Counted from the stretch's first letter, positions 28,946 to 38,625 are shown. The stretch is 64,000 bases of DNA from Deltaproteobacteria bacterium (GCA_003135855.1 PNBD01000044.1:10905-74904); one strand, 5' to 3'. The notes: generated from the letters alone by a model not told the origin. Translations and numbers: made by a program.

Positions 28946-29425
28946 ATGATGAAAGGAAGCTGTCTATGCGGAGGCGTTCGCTTCGAAATCGAAAAAGCGG
29001 TCGGGCCATTCGAATTGTGCCATTGTCATCGATGCAGGAAAGTGTCGGGCTCGGCGTTCAGCGCGGGTCTCGGCGTGATGACGAAGGATTTTCGGCTTAT
29101 CGAAGGCGGGGAGTTGATCAGTACATACGAAGCGCCGATCTTACGCGAGCCGCCGCCGTATCGCAATTTTTTCTGCCGCCGATGCGGCTCGCCGGTGCCA
29201 AATCCGAAACCGGATTCAACATGGTTCGAAGTTCCGTCCGGTTCGCTCGATGACGATCCTGAGCTAAAAGCTGACAAGCACATCTTCGTCGAATTCAGAG
29301 CGCCGTGGTTTGAAATCGCCGACAATCTGCCACAGTACGATCTGAACGCGTTGCGAAAATTGCGCAGCGCCGGTAACGATCAGAAAGCTCAGAGTAAATT
29401 GCGCAGCACCAGGGACCCAGACTAA
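28946..29425 (+). CDS. GFA (CENP-V) family protein
   Basis: GSCLCGGVRF, CHCHRCRK, FFCRRCGS zinc motifs. Confidence 0.9.
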   Translation: MMKGSCLCGGVRFEIEKAVGPFELCHCHRCRKVSGSAFSAGLGVMTKDFRLIEGGELISTYEAPILREPPPYRNFFCRRCGSPVPNPKPDSTWFEVPSGSLDDDPELKADKHIFVEFRAPWFEIADNLPQYDLNALRKLRSAGNDQKAQSKLRSTRDPD

Positions 29426-30582
29426 TGCGACGAGATATCTTCACCGAAGAACACGAAATGTTCCGCACCCAGGTGCGCCGCTTCGTCGAAACCGAAATCG
29501 CGCCGAAAGTCCCGGAGTGGAATCGCAACGGAATGAGCGATCGCGCGAGCTGGCGCAAAATGGGCGAGGCCGGGTTTCTTGGCGCCAACGCGCCCGCGGA
29601 ATACGGCGGCGCCGGCGTCGATTTTATCTACGACGCGATCGTGATGGAGGAAATGTCGCGCGTGCGCGCGCACGGCCTCATGATGTCGCTGCATTCGGAC
29701 ATCTGCATGCCGTACATCACGAGTTTCGGCAACGCGCAACAGAAAAAGCGCTATCTGCCCGGCACGATCAGCGGCGAGATTATCCTCGCGATCGCGATGA
29801 CCGAACCCGGCACCGGCTCCGACCTTGCCGCGGTCCAGACCACGGCGCGTCGCGACGGCGACAACTACGTCCTCAACGGTGCGAAGACCTTCATCTCCAA
29901 TGGTCAGATTGCCGACCTCATAATCGTCGTCTGCAAGACCGACCCGAAGGCGAATCCGCCGCATAAGGGCGTCAGCCTGATGCTCGTCGAGGCGACCAGT
30001 CCCGGCTTTGTGCGCGGCCGCAAGCTCGACAAGCTTGGACTGCGCGGTCAGGACACCAGCGAACTGTTCTTCGAAGACTGCCGCGTGCCGGTCGGCAACC
30101 TGCTCGGCCACGAGGGGCAGGGCTTCAAGATGCTGATGCAGAATCTCCAGCAGGAGCGGCTTTGCGTCGCGGTCGCATCGATCGCGAGCTGCCGCCGCAC
30201 CGTCGAAGATACGGTCGCATACTGCCAGCAGCGGCGCGCGTTCGGGCAGCCGATCGCCGAATTTCAGAATACTCAATTCAAGCTCGCCGAGATGATGACC
30301 GAAGTCGAAGTCGGCCAGGCGTTCGTCGATCGACTGCTGGTCGCGCACGTTCGGCACGACGAGATCGTCGCCGAGGTCAGCATGGCTAAATGGTGGACGA
30401 CCGATTTGCAGAAGAAGATTTCGAGCCAATGCCTGCAACTGCACGGCGGCTACGGCTTCATGATGGAGTATCCAGTCGCGACGGATTACGCCGATGCGGC
30501 AGTGCAATCGATCTACGCGGGCACCAACGAAATAATGAAGGTCATCATCGCGCGCAAGATGGGTCTGGATTCGCGCAAGTGA
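29425..30582 (+). CDS. Acyl-CoA dehydrogenase (long-chain type)
   Basis: AMTEPGTGSDL, NGAKTFISNG, DTSELFFED, LQLHGGYG, IYAGTNEIMK; TAATG overlap with GFA. Confidence 0.94.
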   Translation: MRRDIFTEEHEMFRTQVRRFVETEIAPKVPEWNRNGMSDRASWRKMGEAGFLGANAPAEYGGAGVDFIYDAIVMEEMSRVRAHGLMMSLHSDICMPYITSFGNAQQKKRYLPGTISGEIILAIAMTEPGTGSDLAAVQTTARRDGDNYVLNGAKTFISNGQIADLIIVVCKTDPKANPPHKGVSLMLVEATSPGFVRGRKLDKLGLRGQDTSELFFEDCRVPVGNLLGHEGQGFKMLMQNLQQERLCVAVASIASCRRTVEDTVAYCQQRRAFGQPIAEFQNTQFKLAEMMTEVEVGQAFVDRLLVAHVRHDEIVAEVSMAKWWTTDLQKKISSQCLQLHGGYGFMMEYPVATDYADAAVQSIYAGTNEIMKVIIARKMGLDSRK

Positions 30583-30591
30583 ATCAGGCCG

Positions 30592-31935
30592 TCATGGAAG
30601 CATCTGCTCCGCAAGCTTCGCCATCGAAGCGCCAGCCTTCGCGCCGCAGAGGGTGTCGTTCACGTCACATTGAGGCGTGATACCCAGCGTGCGCTGCCGA
30701 GCGTTCAGATCGAAGATAGCTGCGTTTGTAGTACCATCGGGAGCACATCCGCATAGCTGACTCGCGCAACAACTGCATCCGACGGCGGCCTCGAGCTGGG
30801 CTATCGCAGCCAGGCCCTTGGCCGGACACTTGGATAATCCAGAGCAAGCGACAGATGTAAGGTCTCGGTCATTGCATTCGCCGGTGCATAGGGTGGCGTC
30901 ACAGGTGTAAGCGGATTCAATCTTAGCTTTGTCCTTACAGCTATAAGCTTTGCAAATTGCCTTACAGTCGGTGCCGGCTGGTACAGTCATCGTGTCATTG
31001 AAGAGCGGACACCCGTTGCCGCCGGGCGCGTCAGGGATACACGCCGTCAAGGGCGGTATCGTAGTGCCCTCTGGACTAAAGGCTGCGGACCATACAAGGT
31101 CGCCCCCCAGGGTGCACTGAGTCGCTGGGTCATCGAGGGTGACCCCAACCTGGTAAGGTCCGGTGTAAGTGGGACAAGAGCATGAGACTATACCTTTTGT
31201 GCCGGTCTTCTTACACGGTGCCGTCATGCATCCTGCGTAAGGAGCCTGCCCGCAGTTAGTTTGACCAAGCCCATTCGATGAAACGCAATCGAGGCTGAAA
31301 GTGGAGACGAGGTCAGCGCCGGGAATGAGTCTCTTTTGGTTTATCGCCCGGCAGACCGGCGCCTTGTTGACGTTTGCCGCACCAGTACATGCGCTCCCGT
31401 CAGCGCCGCAGACCTTAACCGTCTTTTTGTATATCTTGTAGTTGAGGATCGCGTTCATATCTACAAAGTAGGCGCCCCACGCGACTTCAAAGCAGTTGCA
31501 GTTAGCGAAGCGGCCATCTGCGCTAAGCGTGCAGGACAGGTCTTGGGAGCCCGTACTTGGACCGGAGTAGTAGCAGAGAGCATAGGGTCCACCTTTGCAC
31601 CAAACGAAGTTGGTAGGTGTCACCAGGATATCGCCAAAGGCGGGAATCGGGACGCAGTCAGCTCCCGAAGTGCAGGAACAGTTCGTTCCAGTGCATCCTG
31701 CGGTCAACTGAGTTGTAGCGTGCTTGGGATTGGTCCAGAACTTATACGAATTGGGGACGAAGTGTTTGCCCGTCGCGCTGCCGGATGCGACCGCATCGAG
31801 CGCTGATACCGCGTCAAGAGTTGCCGCGGTACTATTGAGCGCAAGGGTCGCAGCCAGATCGCCTGACATTGCTTTCGATGATAGCGTTGCGATCAAACAG
31901 ATACAGATAATCCAGGCGCGAAGAGTAATCGACAC
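30592..31935 (-). CDS. Secreted cysteine-rich hypothetical protein
   Basis: 447 aa, signal-like N-terminus, 38 Cys; codon usage less GC-skewed than neighbours. Confidence 0.8.
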   Translation of the reverse strand: MSITLRAWIICICLIATLSSKAMSGDLAATLALNSTAATLDAVSALDAVASGSATGKHFVPNSYKFWTNPKHATTQLTAGCTGTNCSCTSGADCVPIPAFGDILVTPTNFVWCKGGPYALCYYSGPSTGSQDLSCTLSADGRFANCNCFEVAWGAYFVDMNAILNYKIYKKTVKVCGADGSACTGAANVNKAPVCRAINQKRLIPGADLVSTFSLDCVSSNGLGQTNCGQAPYAGCMTAPCKKTGTKGIVSCSCPTYTGPYQVGVTLDDPATQCTLGGDLVWSAAFSPEGTTIPPLTACIPDAPGGNGCPLFNDTMTVPAGTDCKAICKAYSCKDKAKIESAYTCDATLCTGECNDRDLTSVACSGLSKCPAKGLAAIAQLEAAVGCSCCASQLCGCAPDGTTNAAIFDLNARQRTLGITPQCDVNDTLCGAKAGASMAKLAEQMLP

Positions 31936-32123
31936 AGTTATTCTCCCGTGAAATTTCTCTGGTCAAGGGCTCAACCTATCATGACATCGCGATCTTCGCT
32001 AATCATCTCGAGCAAAGCGAGGAATACCTGACGTCATCATCCGCTCTACATGGTCTTCCGGAATCTATTGCGAGTATCCTGCGCTCGAAATGAACAGATA
32101 AGTTGCCGCTGAGGCCATACCTC

Positions 32124-32157
32124 AAAAAAACGGCCGGCATCTGAAAATGCCGGCCGT
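32124..32157 (-). terminator. Intrinsic terminator of the thiolase operon
   Basis: ACGGCCGGCAU...AUGCCGGCCGU followed by U-run. Confidence 0.8.
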
Positions 32158-32188
32158 CGAATTGTCTGCTGATCAATTCTCGGGAAGC

Positions 32189-33373
32189 TTAGCCGAGCTC
32201 GCTGCCCACCACTGAAACGAAGCTGACGCATCGACCCGGCGCGCCGCCGAGATTATGCGTCAGTCCGACCTTGGGATTGTTGAGTTGCCGGAGCCCTGCC
32301 TCTCCGCGCATCTGCAGCCACATCTCGTACATCATGCGCAGTCCTGACGCGCCGATCGGATGCCCAAACGACTTGAGGCCGCCATCCGGATTGACCGGCA
32401 GCTTGCCCTCCAGGTCGAAGAAGCCTTCCATCACGTCCTGCCATGCAGTTCCGCGCGGGCTGAAGCCGAGATCCTCGTACAGCACGAGCTCGGTCGGCGT
32501 GAAACAATCATGCACTTCGGCCATGCTGATCTGCTCGCGAGGATTGGTGATGCCCGCCTGCGCGTACGCATCCTTGGCCGTCGCGACGACTTCGCGAAAC
32601 GTGGTGAAATCGTAATCCTGCGACAGCGGCCCTTCCGCCGGTCCCGCGATGAACGACAGCGCCTTTATATAGATGGGATTCTTGCAGTACTTGTGCGCAT
32701 CTTCGGCCCGCACCACGATCGCCGCCGCCGAGCCGTCCGAGACGCCCGAGCAATCCATGATTCCGAGCGGATCCGCGATCTTGGGCGAGTTCCGGATGGT
32801 CTCCATCGAGACTTCCTTCTGGAACTGAGCCTTGGGATTTTTCGCGCCGTTCTTGTGATTCTTCCACGCGATGCGCGAGAGCACTTCCTTGCCCTTGTCG
32901 GCATCGAGTCCGTACTTCTTGAAATACGCAGGCGCGAGCAATGAGAACGAGGCCGGCGCCGTCATCGTGCCGTGGGTGCCGTCGTTCGGCGGAACGTTCG
33001 ACACCAAGCCCGAGTAGCCCGAGTCCTTGAGCTTCTCGACGCCGATCGCCATCGCGACGTCGAATGCGCCCGACGCGACCGCGTAGCAGGCCTGGCGCAG
33101 CGCTTCCGAACCGGTCGCGCACATATTTTCGACGCGGGTCACCGGCTTGTACTGAATTTTGAGCGGCTCGGAGAGCGTCAGCCCCGAGATACCGGAGGCC
33201 ATGGTGCCGAGCCAGTAGGCGTCGACGTCCTTCGGCTCCAGTCCGGCCGACTCGTACGCCTGGTAGGCGGCGTCGACCAGCAAATCGTCCGGGCCCTTGT
33301 CCCAATGCTCACCGAACTTGGTGCATCCCATGCCGATGATTGCGACGCGGTCTTTGATTCCTCTGCTTGCCAT
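32189..33373 (-). CDS. Thiolase, SCP2/SCP-x type (acetyl-CoA acetyltransferase)
   Basis: RVENMCATG (nucleophile Cys), EVHDCF, GHPIGASG, HNLGG. Confidence 0.93.
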   Translation of the reverse strand: MASRGIKDRVAIIGMGCTKFGEHWDKGPDDLLVDAAYQAYESAGLEPKDVDAYWLGTMASGISGLTLSEPLKIQYKPVTRVENMCATGSEALRQACYAVASGAFDVAMAIGVEKLKDSGYSGLVSNVPPNDGTHGTMTAPASFSLLAPAYFKKYGLDADKGKEVLSRIAWKNHKNGAKNPKAQFQKEVSMETIRNSPKIADPLGIMDCSGVSDGSAAAIVVRAEDAHKYCKNPIYIKALSFIAGPAEGPLSQDYDFTTFREVVATAKDAYAQAGITNPREQISMAEVHDCFTPTELVLYEDLGFSPRGTAWQDVMEGFFDLEGKLPVNPDGGLKSFGHPIGASGLRMMYEMWLQMRGEAGLRQLNNPKVGLTHNLGGAPGRCVSFVSVVGSELG

Positions 33374-33408
33374 GAAACGATCCTCCTGGATCCTGGTGCC
33401 TGCCGGTT

Positions 33409-34815
33409 CTAACGCGTAGGGCGTGCCTTCCAGAAATAGTTGTTAACGCCGTCCGCGGTAAAGAGGCGGCGAAAAGTCATTTCGACCTGATCACCGATTG
33501 CGACCTTCTCCGGCTCGCAGTCGGTCATCTCGCACAGAAAGCGGCCGCCGCCTTCAAAGTCTATCACCACGTTAACAGTCGGCGGGTTGAGAGAATAGGC
33601 GAGCCGATCGATCGCGTAAGTGGCGATTTTGCCGGTGCGATCGGCGAAAGCATAGGGCTCCATCTTGCGCGATTGGCATTTCACGCAAACCAGTTGCGGC
33701 GGCAATTGCGGCGTTCCGCAACTGACGCATCGCGAGCCGATAAAGCCGAACTTCCATTTCTCGGAGCGCATCATGGGCGGACCCGCCGGGCGATCGGGAT
33801 CGGGGCGCCGGGGCGGCTCGGTCGGCAGAATCTCACGCCACTTCAGGTAGTTGGCGTAAGTGACGTCGCCCTTCGACTCGATCATGCGGCCCACCGAATG
33901 AACCGGTTTGAAGCTCGCCGCCGCAGGCGTCACGCGGAGCATGATCGCGTCGGCACCGTCGGCCACCGTCGCGACCAAAATGAGGTCGCCGGCCTTGGCG
34001 AGTGGCAGCACGCTCGCGAGCATCAGGCCCGGATGAGCCGCGCCGGTCTGACCCACGGTCAAGGCGAACGAGTCGGCGAATTTGGCGGGATCGAGTTTGA
34101 GCGCGCGCGAAATTTCGTCAGCGGCGCGCGGATTCGGGGCGTCGAGAATAATTTTCGCGATGTCGCCGGGGGCGACCTTGGCCTTCTCGAGCAGGTTCTT
34201 GATTACGGTGCCGAGCAGCGGCGAGTAGGCCTGCGTCAACGCGAAACGCTCTTCCCAGGAATGCGAGAAGCGCTCGCCGGGCGCGCGCCACGAATCGAGG
34301 AACTCACGGGTCAGCGAGGTGCTCGCCACAATCTCGGCCAGCAGGTGATCGCTGCCGAGCACGAACGCGGCCGCGCCGTCACCGGTGGTCTGCTCGGCTT
34401 TGCCTTCGGGCGCGGCGAGCCGGCAATCGCCCATCGTGACCAGCACGCGCTTAGCGCCGCCACTGATCGCGTCGGCACCTTGCAGTAGAGCTGAAATCCC
34501 GGCGCGAACTGAGCCGGTCGAATCCGAGGCGCGAATCTCACCGGGAAGCTGCGTCGCAGCGCCGATCAGCGCGGCGTTGAGTTTTTCCGCATAGGGCGGC
34601 GTCGAAGTCGCAAAGAACAGCGCCTCGACGGTGCCGGAGGGCGCCGCCTTGAGCGCATCGCGCGCCGCCTCGACCGCCATCGAGACGCTATCTTCATCGA
34701 AGCTCGCGATTGCGCGCTCGCCCTTGCCGGCAGGCGTGCCGAGAACTTGCGCTATCGCGGAGCGCTTGAGGCGCCGATATGGGATGTAAGTACCGTAAGA
34801 AACGATTCCAGTCAT
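33409..34815 (-). CDS. HMG-CoA-synthase-like (inactive) plus DUF35 Zn-ribbon/OB-fold fusion
   Basis: GI.SYG.YIP..RL, DEDSVSMAVEA, GDGAAA, VG.TG; C-terminal RCVSCG...PP..VC.KC and VEMTFRR...YFWKA.P. Confidence 0.88.
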   Translation of the reverse strand: MTGIVSYGTYIPYRRLKRSAIAQVLGTPAGKGERAIASFDEDSVSMAVEAARDALKAAPSGTVEALFFATSTPPYAEKLNAALIGAATQLPGEIRASDSTGSVRAGISALLQGADAISGGAKRVLVTMGDCRLAAPEGKAEQTTGDGAAAFVLGSDHLLAEIVASTSLTREFLDSWRAPGERFSHSWEERFALTQAYSPLLGTVIKNLLEKAKVAPGDIAKIILDAPNPRAADEISRALKLDPAKFADSFALTVGQTGAAHPGLMLASVLPLAKAGDLILVATVADGADAIMLRVTPAAASFKPVHSVGRMIESKGDVTYANYLKWREILPTEPPRRPDPDRPAGPPMMRSEKWKFGFIGSRCVSCGTPQLPPQLVCVKCQSRKMEPYAFADRTGKIATYAIDRLAYSLNPPTVNVVIDFEGGGRFLCEMTDCEPEKVAIGDQVEMTFRRLFTADGVNNYFWKARPTR

Positions 34816-34873
34816 GTGCGCATTTAAGTCCGATACGCCTATGCGGTCAACCAGACTGCGGGGCTGCGGATGA

Positions 34874-35908
34874 TCAGCGAAAGCCCTGGATGGTGACGAC
34901 GGCGGTCGCGCCCATGCGGAAGGGCAGTTTCGCGTCGCGATCCTCGAGCACGATTCGCACCGGGAAGCGCTGCGAGAGCCGCACCCAATTGAGCGTCGTC
35001 TCGGTTTGCGGCAGCCCCTCGACGCTTGCGCCGTTGGGCTGATAGAGCGCCCATCCGACGCCTTGCACGCGTCCGCGAAAACGTTTGTTCGGGTACGAGA
35101 GGATGAACACCTCGGCGGTCATGCCGGGCTGGATATGCGAGAGAAACGTCTCGCGAAAGTTCGCCAGCACGTACCACTTCCGATCGTCGATCAAGCTGAC
35201 GACCTGCCGCCCCTCGTTGGCATACTGGCCCACCGCGATGTTCAAGTTGGTCACGTAGCCGTCGAACGGCGCGCGCACGTAGCAATATCCGACATTCAAC
35301 TTCGCGTCATAGACCGCGGCCTCGGCGGCTTTACGCCGCGCGTTGATGTCGCCGAATCGGCCGAGCTGATTCTCGGCCTTGAGCACATCGGAGCGGGCGG
35401 CATCGACGCCGGCCTCCTCGGAATGCATCCGGGAGCGCGCGTTAAAGACGTCGTTGGCGGTGACGAAATGCCTGGTCAGCAGCGGCTCGATTCGCGCCAG
35501 ATACTGCTTTGCGTACGACGCGTCCGCTGCGCGCCGCGCTTGCTCGGATTTGGCAGTTCGAATCGTGTCGTCAAGCGCGCGAATCTCCAGGTCGGTCAAC
35601 TGCAGCCGGGCGATAGCCGCATCGAGGGTCGACTGATAGGGCCGCGGATCGACAACGAATAGTAAGTCGCCTTTTTTGGCGTACTGATTATCGACAATCG
35701 GCAGTTCGACGATCGGACCGCTCACGTGCGGCGCTATTCCTACCACGTTGGCGCGAACGTAAGCGTCGTCGGTGCGTGGATAGATGTAGTAAAGCCGCGC
35801 GACGTAAAGGCCAACCGCAACAGTAGCGATCACGATCGCGGCGCTCAGCAGGTGACCGACTAGTCTCAGCGCAAGCGAGTTGCCGGTCGTGTCAGATGCG
35901 GATGCCAT
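34874..35908 (-). CDS. HlyD-family membrane fusion protein (MdtN/AaeA-like)
   Basis: PRTDDAYV, IAPHVSG.I, VRAPFDGYVTN, ANFRET, WVRLSQRFPVRI. Confidence 0.9.
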   Translation of the reverse strand: MASASDTTGNSLALRLVGHLLSAAIVIATVAVGLYVARLYYIYPRTDDAYVRANVVGIAPHVSGPIVELPIVDNQYAKKGDLLFVVDPRPYQSTLDAAIARLQLTDLEIRALDDTIRTAKSEQARRAADASYAKQYLARIEPLLTRHFVTANDVFNARSRMHSEEAGVDAARSDVLKAENQLGRFGDINARRKAAEAAVYDAKLNVGYCYVRAPFDGYVTNLNIAVGQYANEGRQVVSLIDDRKWYVLANFRETFLSHIQPGMTAEVFILSYPNKRFRGRVQGVGWALYQPNGASVEGLPQTETTLNWVRLSQRFPVRIVLEDRDAKLPFRMGATAVVTIQGFR

Positions 35909-35915
35909 CGCGTAG

Positions 35916-36194
35916 TTAGAGGCGGTTGAAGAAGATCAGCCACACGATACAGCCAGTCAGGATCATCAAGCTTGGATAGACGAGCGGCAGCGGCCACAGG
36001 AACGGCTCGATGCGGGTGGCGACGAAGAGCGCGCGAAGCATCGCGGTGATCACCCCGCCGCAGATCGCGCAGAAGAGCCAGCTCGGAAAGTTCGCGCCGG
36101 CGACATTGACCACTGGATCGCATGCCGAGAGCGCGATCGCCAAAACGATCAGCGGCGCAAACGAGGGCGTCAAAGGCGATTTGGTGAAGCGCAT
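35916..36194 (-). CDS. YtcA family lipoprotein
   Basis: Lipobox LSAC followed by P..NV.GA.FPSW; directly upstream of the MdtN-like gene. Confidence 0.78.
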   Translation of the reverse strand: MRFTKSPLTPSFAPLIVLAIALSACDPVVNVAGANFPSWLFCAICGGVITAMLRALFVATRIEPFLWPLPLVYPSLMILTGCIVWLIFFNRL

Positions 36195-36326
36195 CGCGGG
36201 AAATTGTATGCGTCGGATTGTGCAAAAGCACGTTGCGATATTCAATGTCCCGCAGCACTCGCGCGCGAGCCGTCGGCGACCTGAAGGTGCATCGAAACGC
36301 CCGAGATTTCCACTATGGGGGAACGC

Positions 36327-37883
36327 ATGAAGATTGATTTTCAACCGCGCCGCGCCAACCGGAATCTTGCTCGCTCGATCGCTGCGCGTCGGCGCCGACC
36401 GCTCGCATTACTTTTGCTGCGAGGCAGTCTCGCCGCGAGTGTTATTGCGCTAGGCGCCGGCGGATGCACCTACATGGCGGAGCAGCCGGAGGTGAGTCCC
36501 GCGAGATTTGCGCCGTCCTCGGAAAGTAGTCCGTGGATTCCCACTCATGCCTACGCGACTACGGCGCAACAGCGGCCCGTAACGGCGCTGCCGGATGCGG
36601 GCATGTCCGGGAGTTATTCCAGCTCTGCCGGCAAGTACGATTTGTCCACGCTGATCGATGTCGCGCTGCACAACAATCCCGACACGGCCCGCACCTGGGA
36701 CCAGGCGCGGGCGGCAGCGGCCGCTTACGGCGCCTCGCGTGCGCCCTACTACCCGCAGGTCGGTGCGCAAATGTCTGGTGGATACACGCGAGTGTTATTC
36801 GAGCTTCCCGGCCAGCTCGGAGTGCTCAAGCAATGGCAAATAACGCCGATGGTCGAACTCACTTACACGCTGCTCGATTTCGGACGGCGAAGCGCCGGCG
36901 CCAGGATCGCTCGCGAACAACTGGCCGCGGCGAACTTCGCTTTCAATCGCAAGATGCAGGATGTGGTGTTCGCGACGCAGCGCGCCTTCTATGCGATGGG
37001 CGCGGCGAAAGCCGCGGTGCAAGCGGCTCAGCAAAATGTCGAGCTCGCGAAGACCGATGACGAAGCGGTGAGCCGTCGCGTCGAACTCGGGCTCGCGACC
37101 GAGCCCGCGCTGCTGCTATCGCGGCAACGCGTCGCACAATCGCAGTACGATCTCGCGAGCGCGCGGCTGCTGGTGCGAGAGGCCCAAGCCGACCTGGCGG
37201 TCGCGCTGGGAATCGCCGCGAATACACCGATCGATATTCCAAGTCTCGATAGTCAGCCGATACCCGCGGGACTCGGTGGTGAAGTCGATGCGCTGATCGA
37301 ATCCGCGATGCGCCGGCGTCCCGATTTGTCCGCGCAAGTGGCGAGCCTCAACGCTCGGAGGGCGGAGGTCGAGCGCAGCAAGGCAGCCTTCTATCCGACT
37401 ATCGGGGTGACTGGAAGCTACGGCGAACAGATGTGGGGCTATGCGATCAGCAATACTCACACCATCAAATCCGCTCAGCCGCAGTATGCCGGGTTGATCA
37501 CTTTCAACTGGGATCTGTTCACCGGCTTCAAGCGACTGAACGATCTGCGGCAGGCCGAAGCTGAGCGCGATGCGGCCGGCGCGCAACTCAAGTCGCTCGA
37601 GGTGGACGCGATCGGCTCGGTATGGCGCGCCTATTACGAGTTTCAGACCGCGCTCAAACGCTACGAGTATGCGAGGGCGTTGCTCGCCGCGTCCGATGAA
37701 TCGTACGCCGCTAACATCGATACGTATCGGCAGGGACTCAGCACGATCGTCGAATTGCTGACGGCCGATCGCGATCTCGCGAGCGCCCGCTACACGATCG
37801 TCCAGAGCCGCGCCGATCTGCTGATGTCGTCGGCCGCGGTGGCGTACGCCGTTGGCGCGGTCGCGATTTCTCCGCGTCCGTGA
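36327..37883 (+). CDS. TolC/OEP family outer-membrane efflux protein
   Basis: Lipobox-like GGC, LIDVAL.NNP, two OEP repeats, RRPDL, YRQGLSTIVELL.A. Confidence 0.9.
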   Translation: MKIDFQPRRANRNLARSIAARRRRPLALLLLRGSLAASVIALGAGGCTYMAEQPEVSPARFAPSSESSPWIPTHAYATTAQQRPVTALPDAGMSGSYSSSAGKYDLSTLIDVALHNNPDTARTWDQARAAAAAYGASRAPYYPQVGAQMSGGYTRVLFELPGQLGVLKQWQITPMVELTYTLLDFGRRSAGARIAREQLAAANFAFNRKMQDVVFATQRAFYAMGAAKAAVQAAQQNVELAKTDDEAVSRRVELGLATEPALLLSRQRVAQSQYDLASARLLVREAQADLAVALGIAANTPIDIPSLDSQPIPAGLGGEVDALIESAMRRRPDLSAQVASLNARRAEVERSKAAFYPTIGVTGSYGEQMWGYAISNTHTIKSAQPQYAGLITFNWDLFTGFKRLNDLRQAEAERDAAGAQLKSLEVDAIGSVWRAYYEFQTALKRYEYARALLAASDESYAANIDTYRQGLSTIVELLTADRDLASARYTIVQSRADLLMSSAAVAYAVGAVAISPRP

Positions 37884-38072
37884 TTGCGTCGGCGTGCATC
37901 TGCCAGCCTTGGCTGCATGCAATTCGCTGCTCGCAAAATGGAAGCGCGAGCCAAATTGCGATCCAAGCAATTGCAGGGGTTTTCGCGATAGCCATCGAAC
38001 ATTTCGCGAATCGCAAACTATACTATTTCCGCTATTCGGTCATTCCCCTTGTAAATGCTCACTTGATGAGTC

Positions 38073-38088
38073 TGGCATCGGCCTTGCT
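38073..38088 (+). promoter_or_regulatory. Sigma54 (-24/-12) promoter
   Basis: TGGCATCGGCCTTGCT has exact GG-N10-GC spacing of TGGCAC-N5-TTGC, 30 nt before an RBS-preceded ATG. Confidence 0.65.
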
Positions 38089-38118
38089 CAGTACCCTCGC
38101 AACGATTCGATGGGAGGG

Positions 38119-38301
38119 ATGACGATCATGGCTGCTACCACTGCAAAAGCAACATTCACGGGCTTCGAGCGCAATCACGAGCAGACCGAGACGGGACTGG
38201 CGGTTCGGATTTCGCAGAACAGTTTTCTGACCGAGCTGCCGGGTGTCGCGTTCGCGTTCCTGACCTCGGCTTACATCGTATTTTCGTTCGCGGCTCTCTA
38301 G
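38119..38301 (+). CDS. Small protein (60 aa) with C-terminal transmembrane segment
   Basis: GGGAGG RBS; MTIMAATTAKATF...LPGVAFAFLTSAYIVFSFAAL; hairpin follows; start may be 38119 or 38128. Confidence 0.65.
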   Translation: MTIMAATTAKATFTGFERNHEQTETGLAVRISQNSFLTELPGVAFAFLTSAYIVFSFAAL

Positions 38302-38514
38302 GCGTCACTCGCATACCACACGTCCCGTGGTCCGGGTCGAAGATTCGGCTCGGCCACTGAGGACGGATTCCTGGACTACCTGATCAGCGCGGCCAAGGCT
38401 TCAACGTCACCGAATGCGTACGCAGTTCTCGCGCGGTGACTAATCAATGAGTAAGCGGCGTGATACTCACAGGCGTCGCGCTCGGGAACAGAACTGGAAA
38501 GAGAGATCGGTACC

Positions 38515-38619
38515 ATGACTATGGAAGCAGTATCACTGTTGGCGGGACTGGCTATTGCGGCGATCATCATCGCGAAGCCTGCCCGAATGTATTTCAGACG
38601 CTCACGAACGCAAAACTAG
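38515..38619 (+). CDS. Small single-TM peptide (34 aa)
   Basis: Read manually: MTMEAVSLLAGLAIAAIIIAKPARMYFRRSRTQN; purine-rich RBS region; hairpin directly after the stop. Confidence 0.55.
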   Translation: MTMEAVSLLAGLAIAAIIIAKPARMYFRRSRTQN

Positions 38620-38625
38620 CTGATG

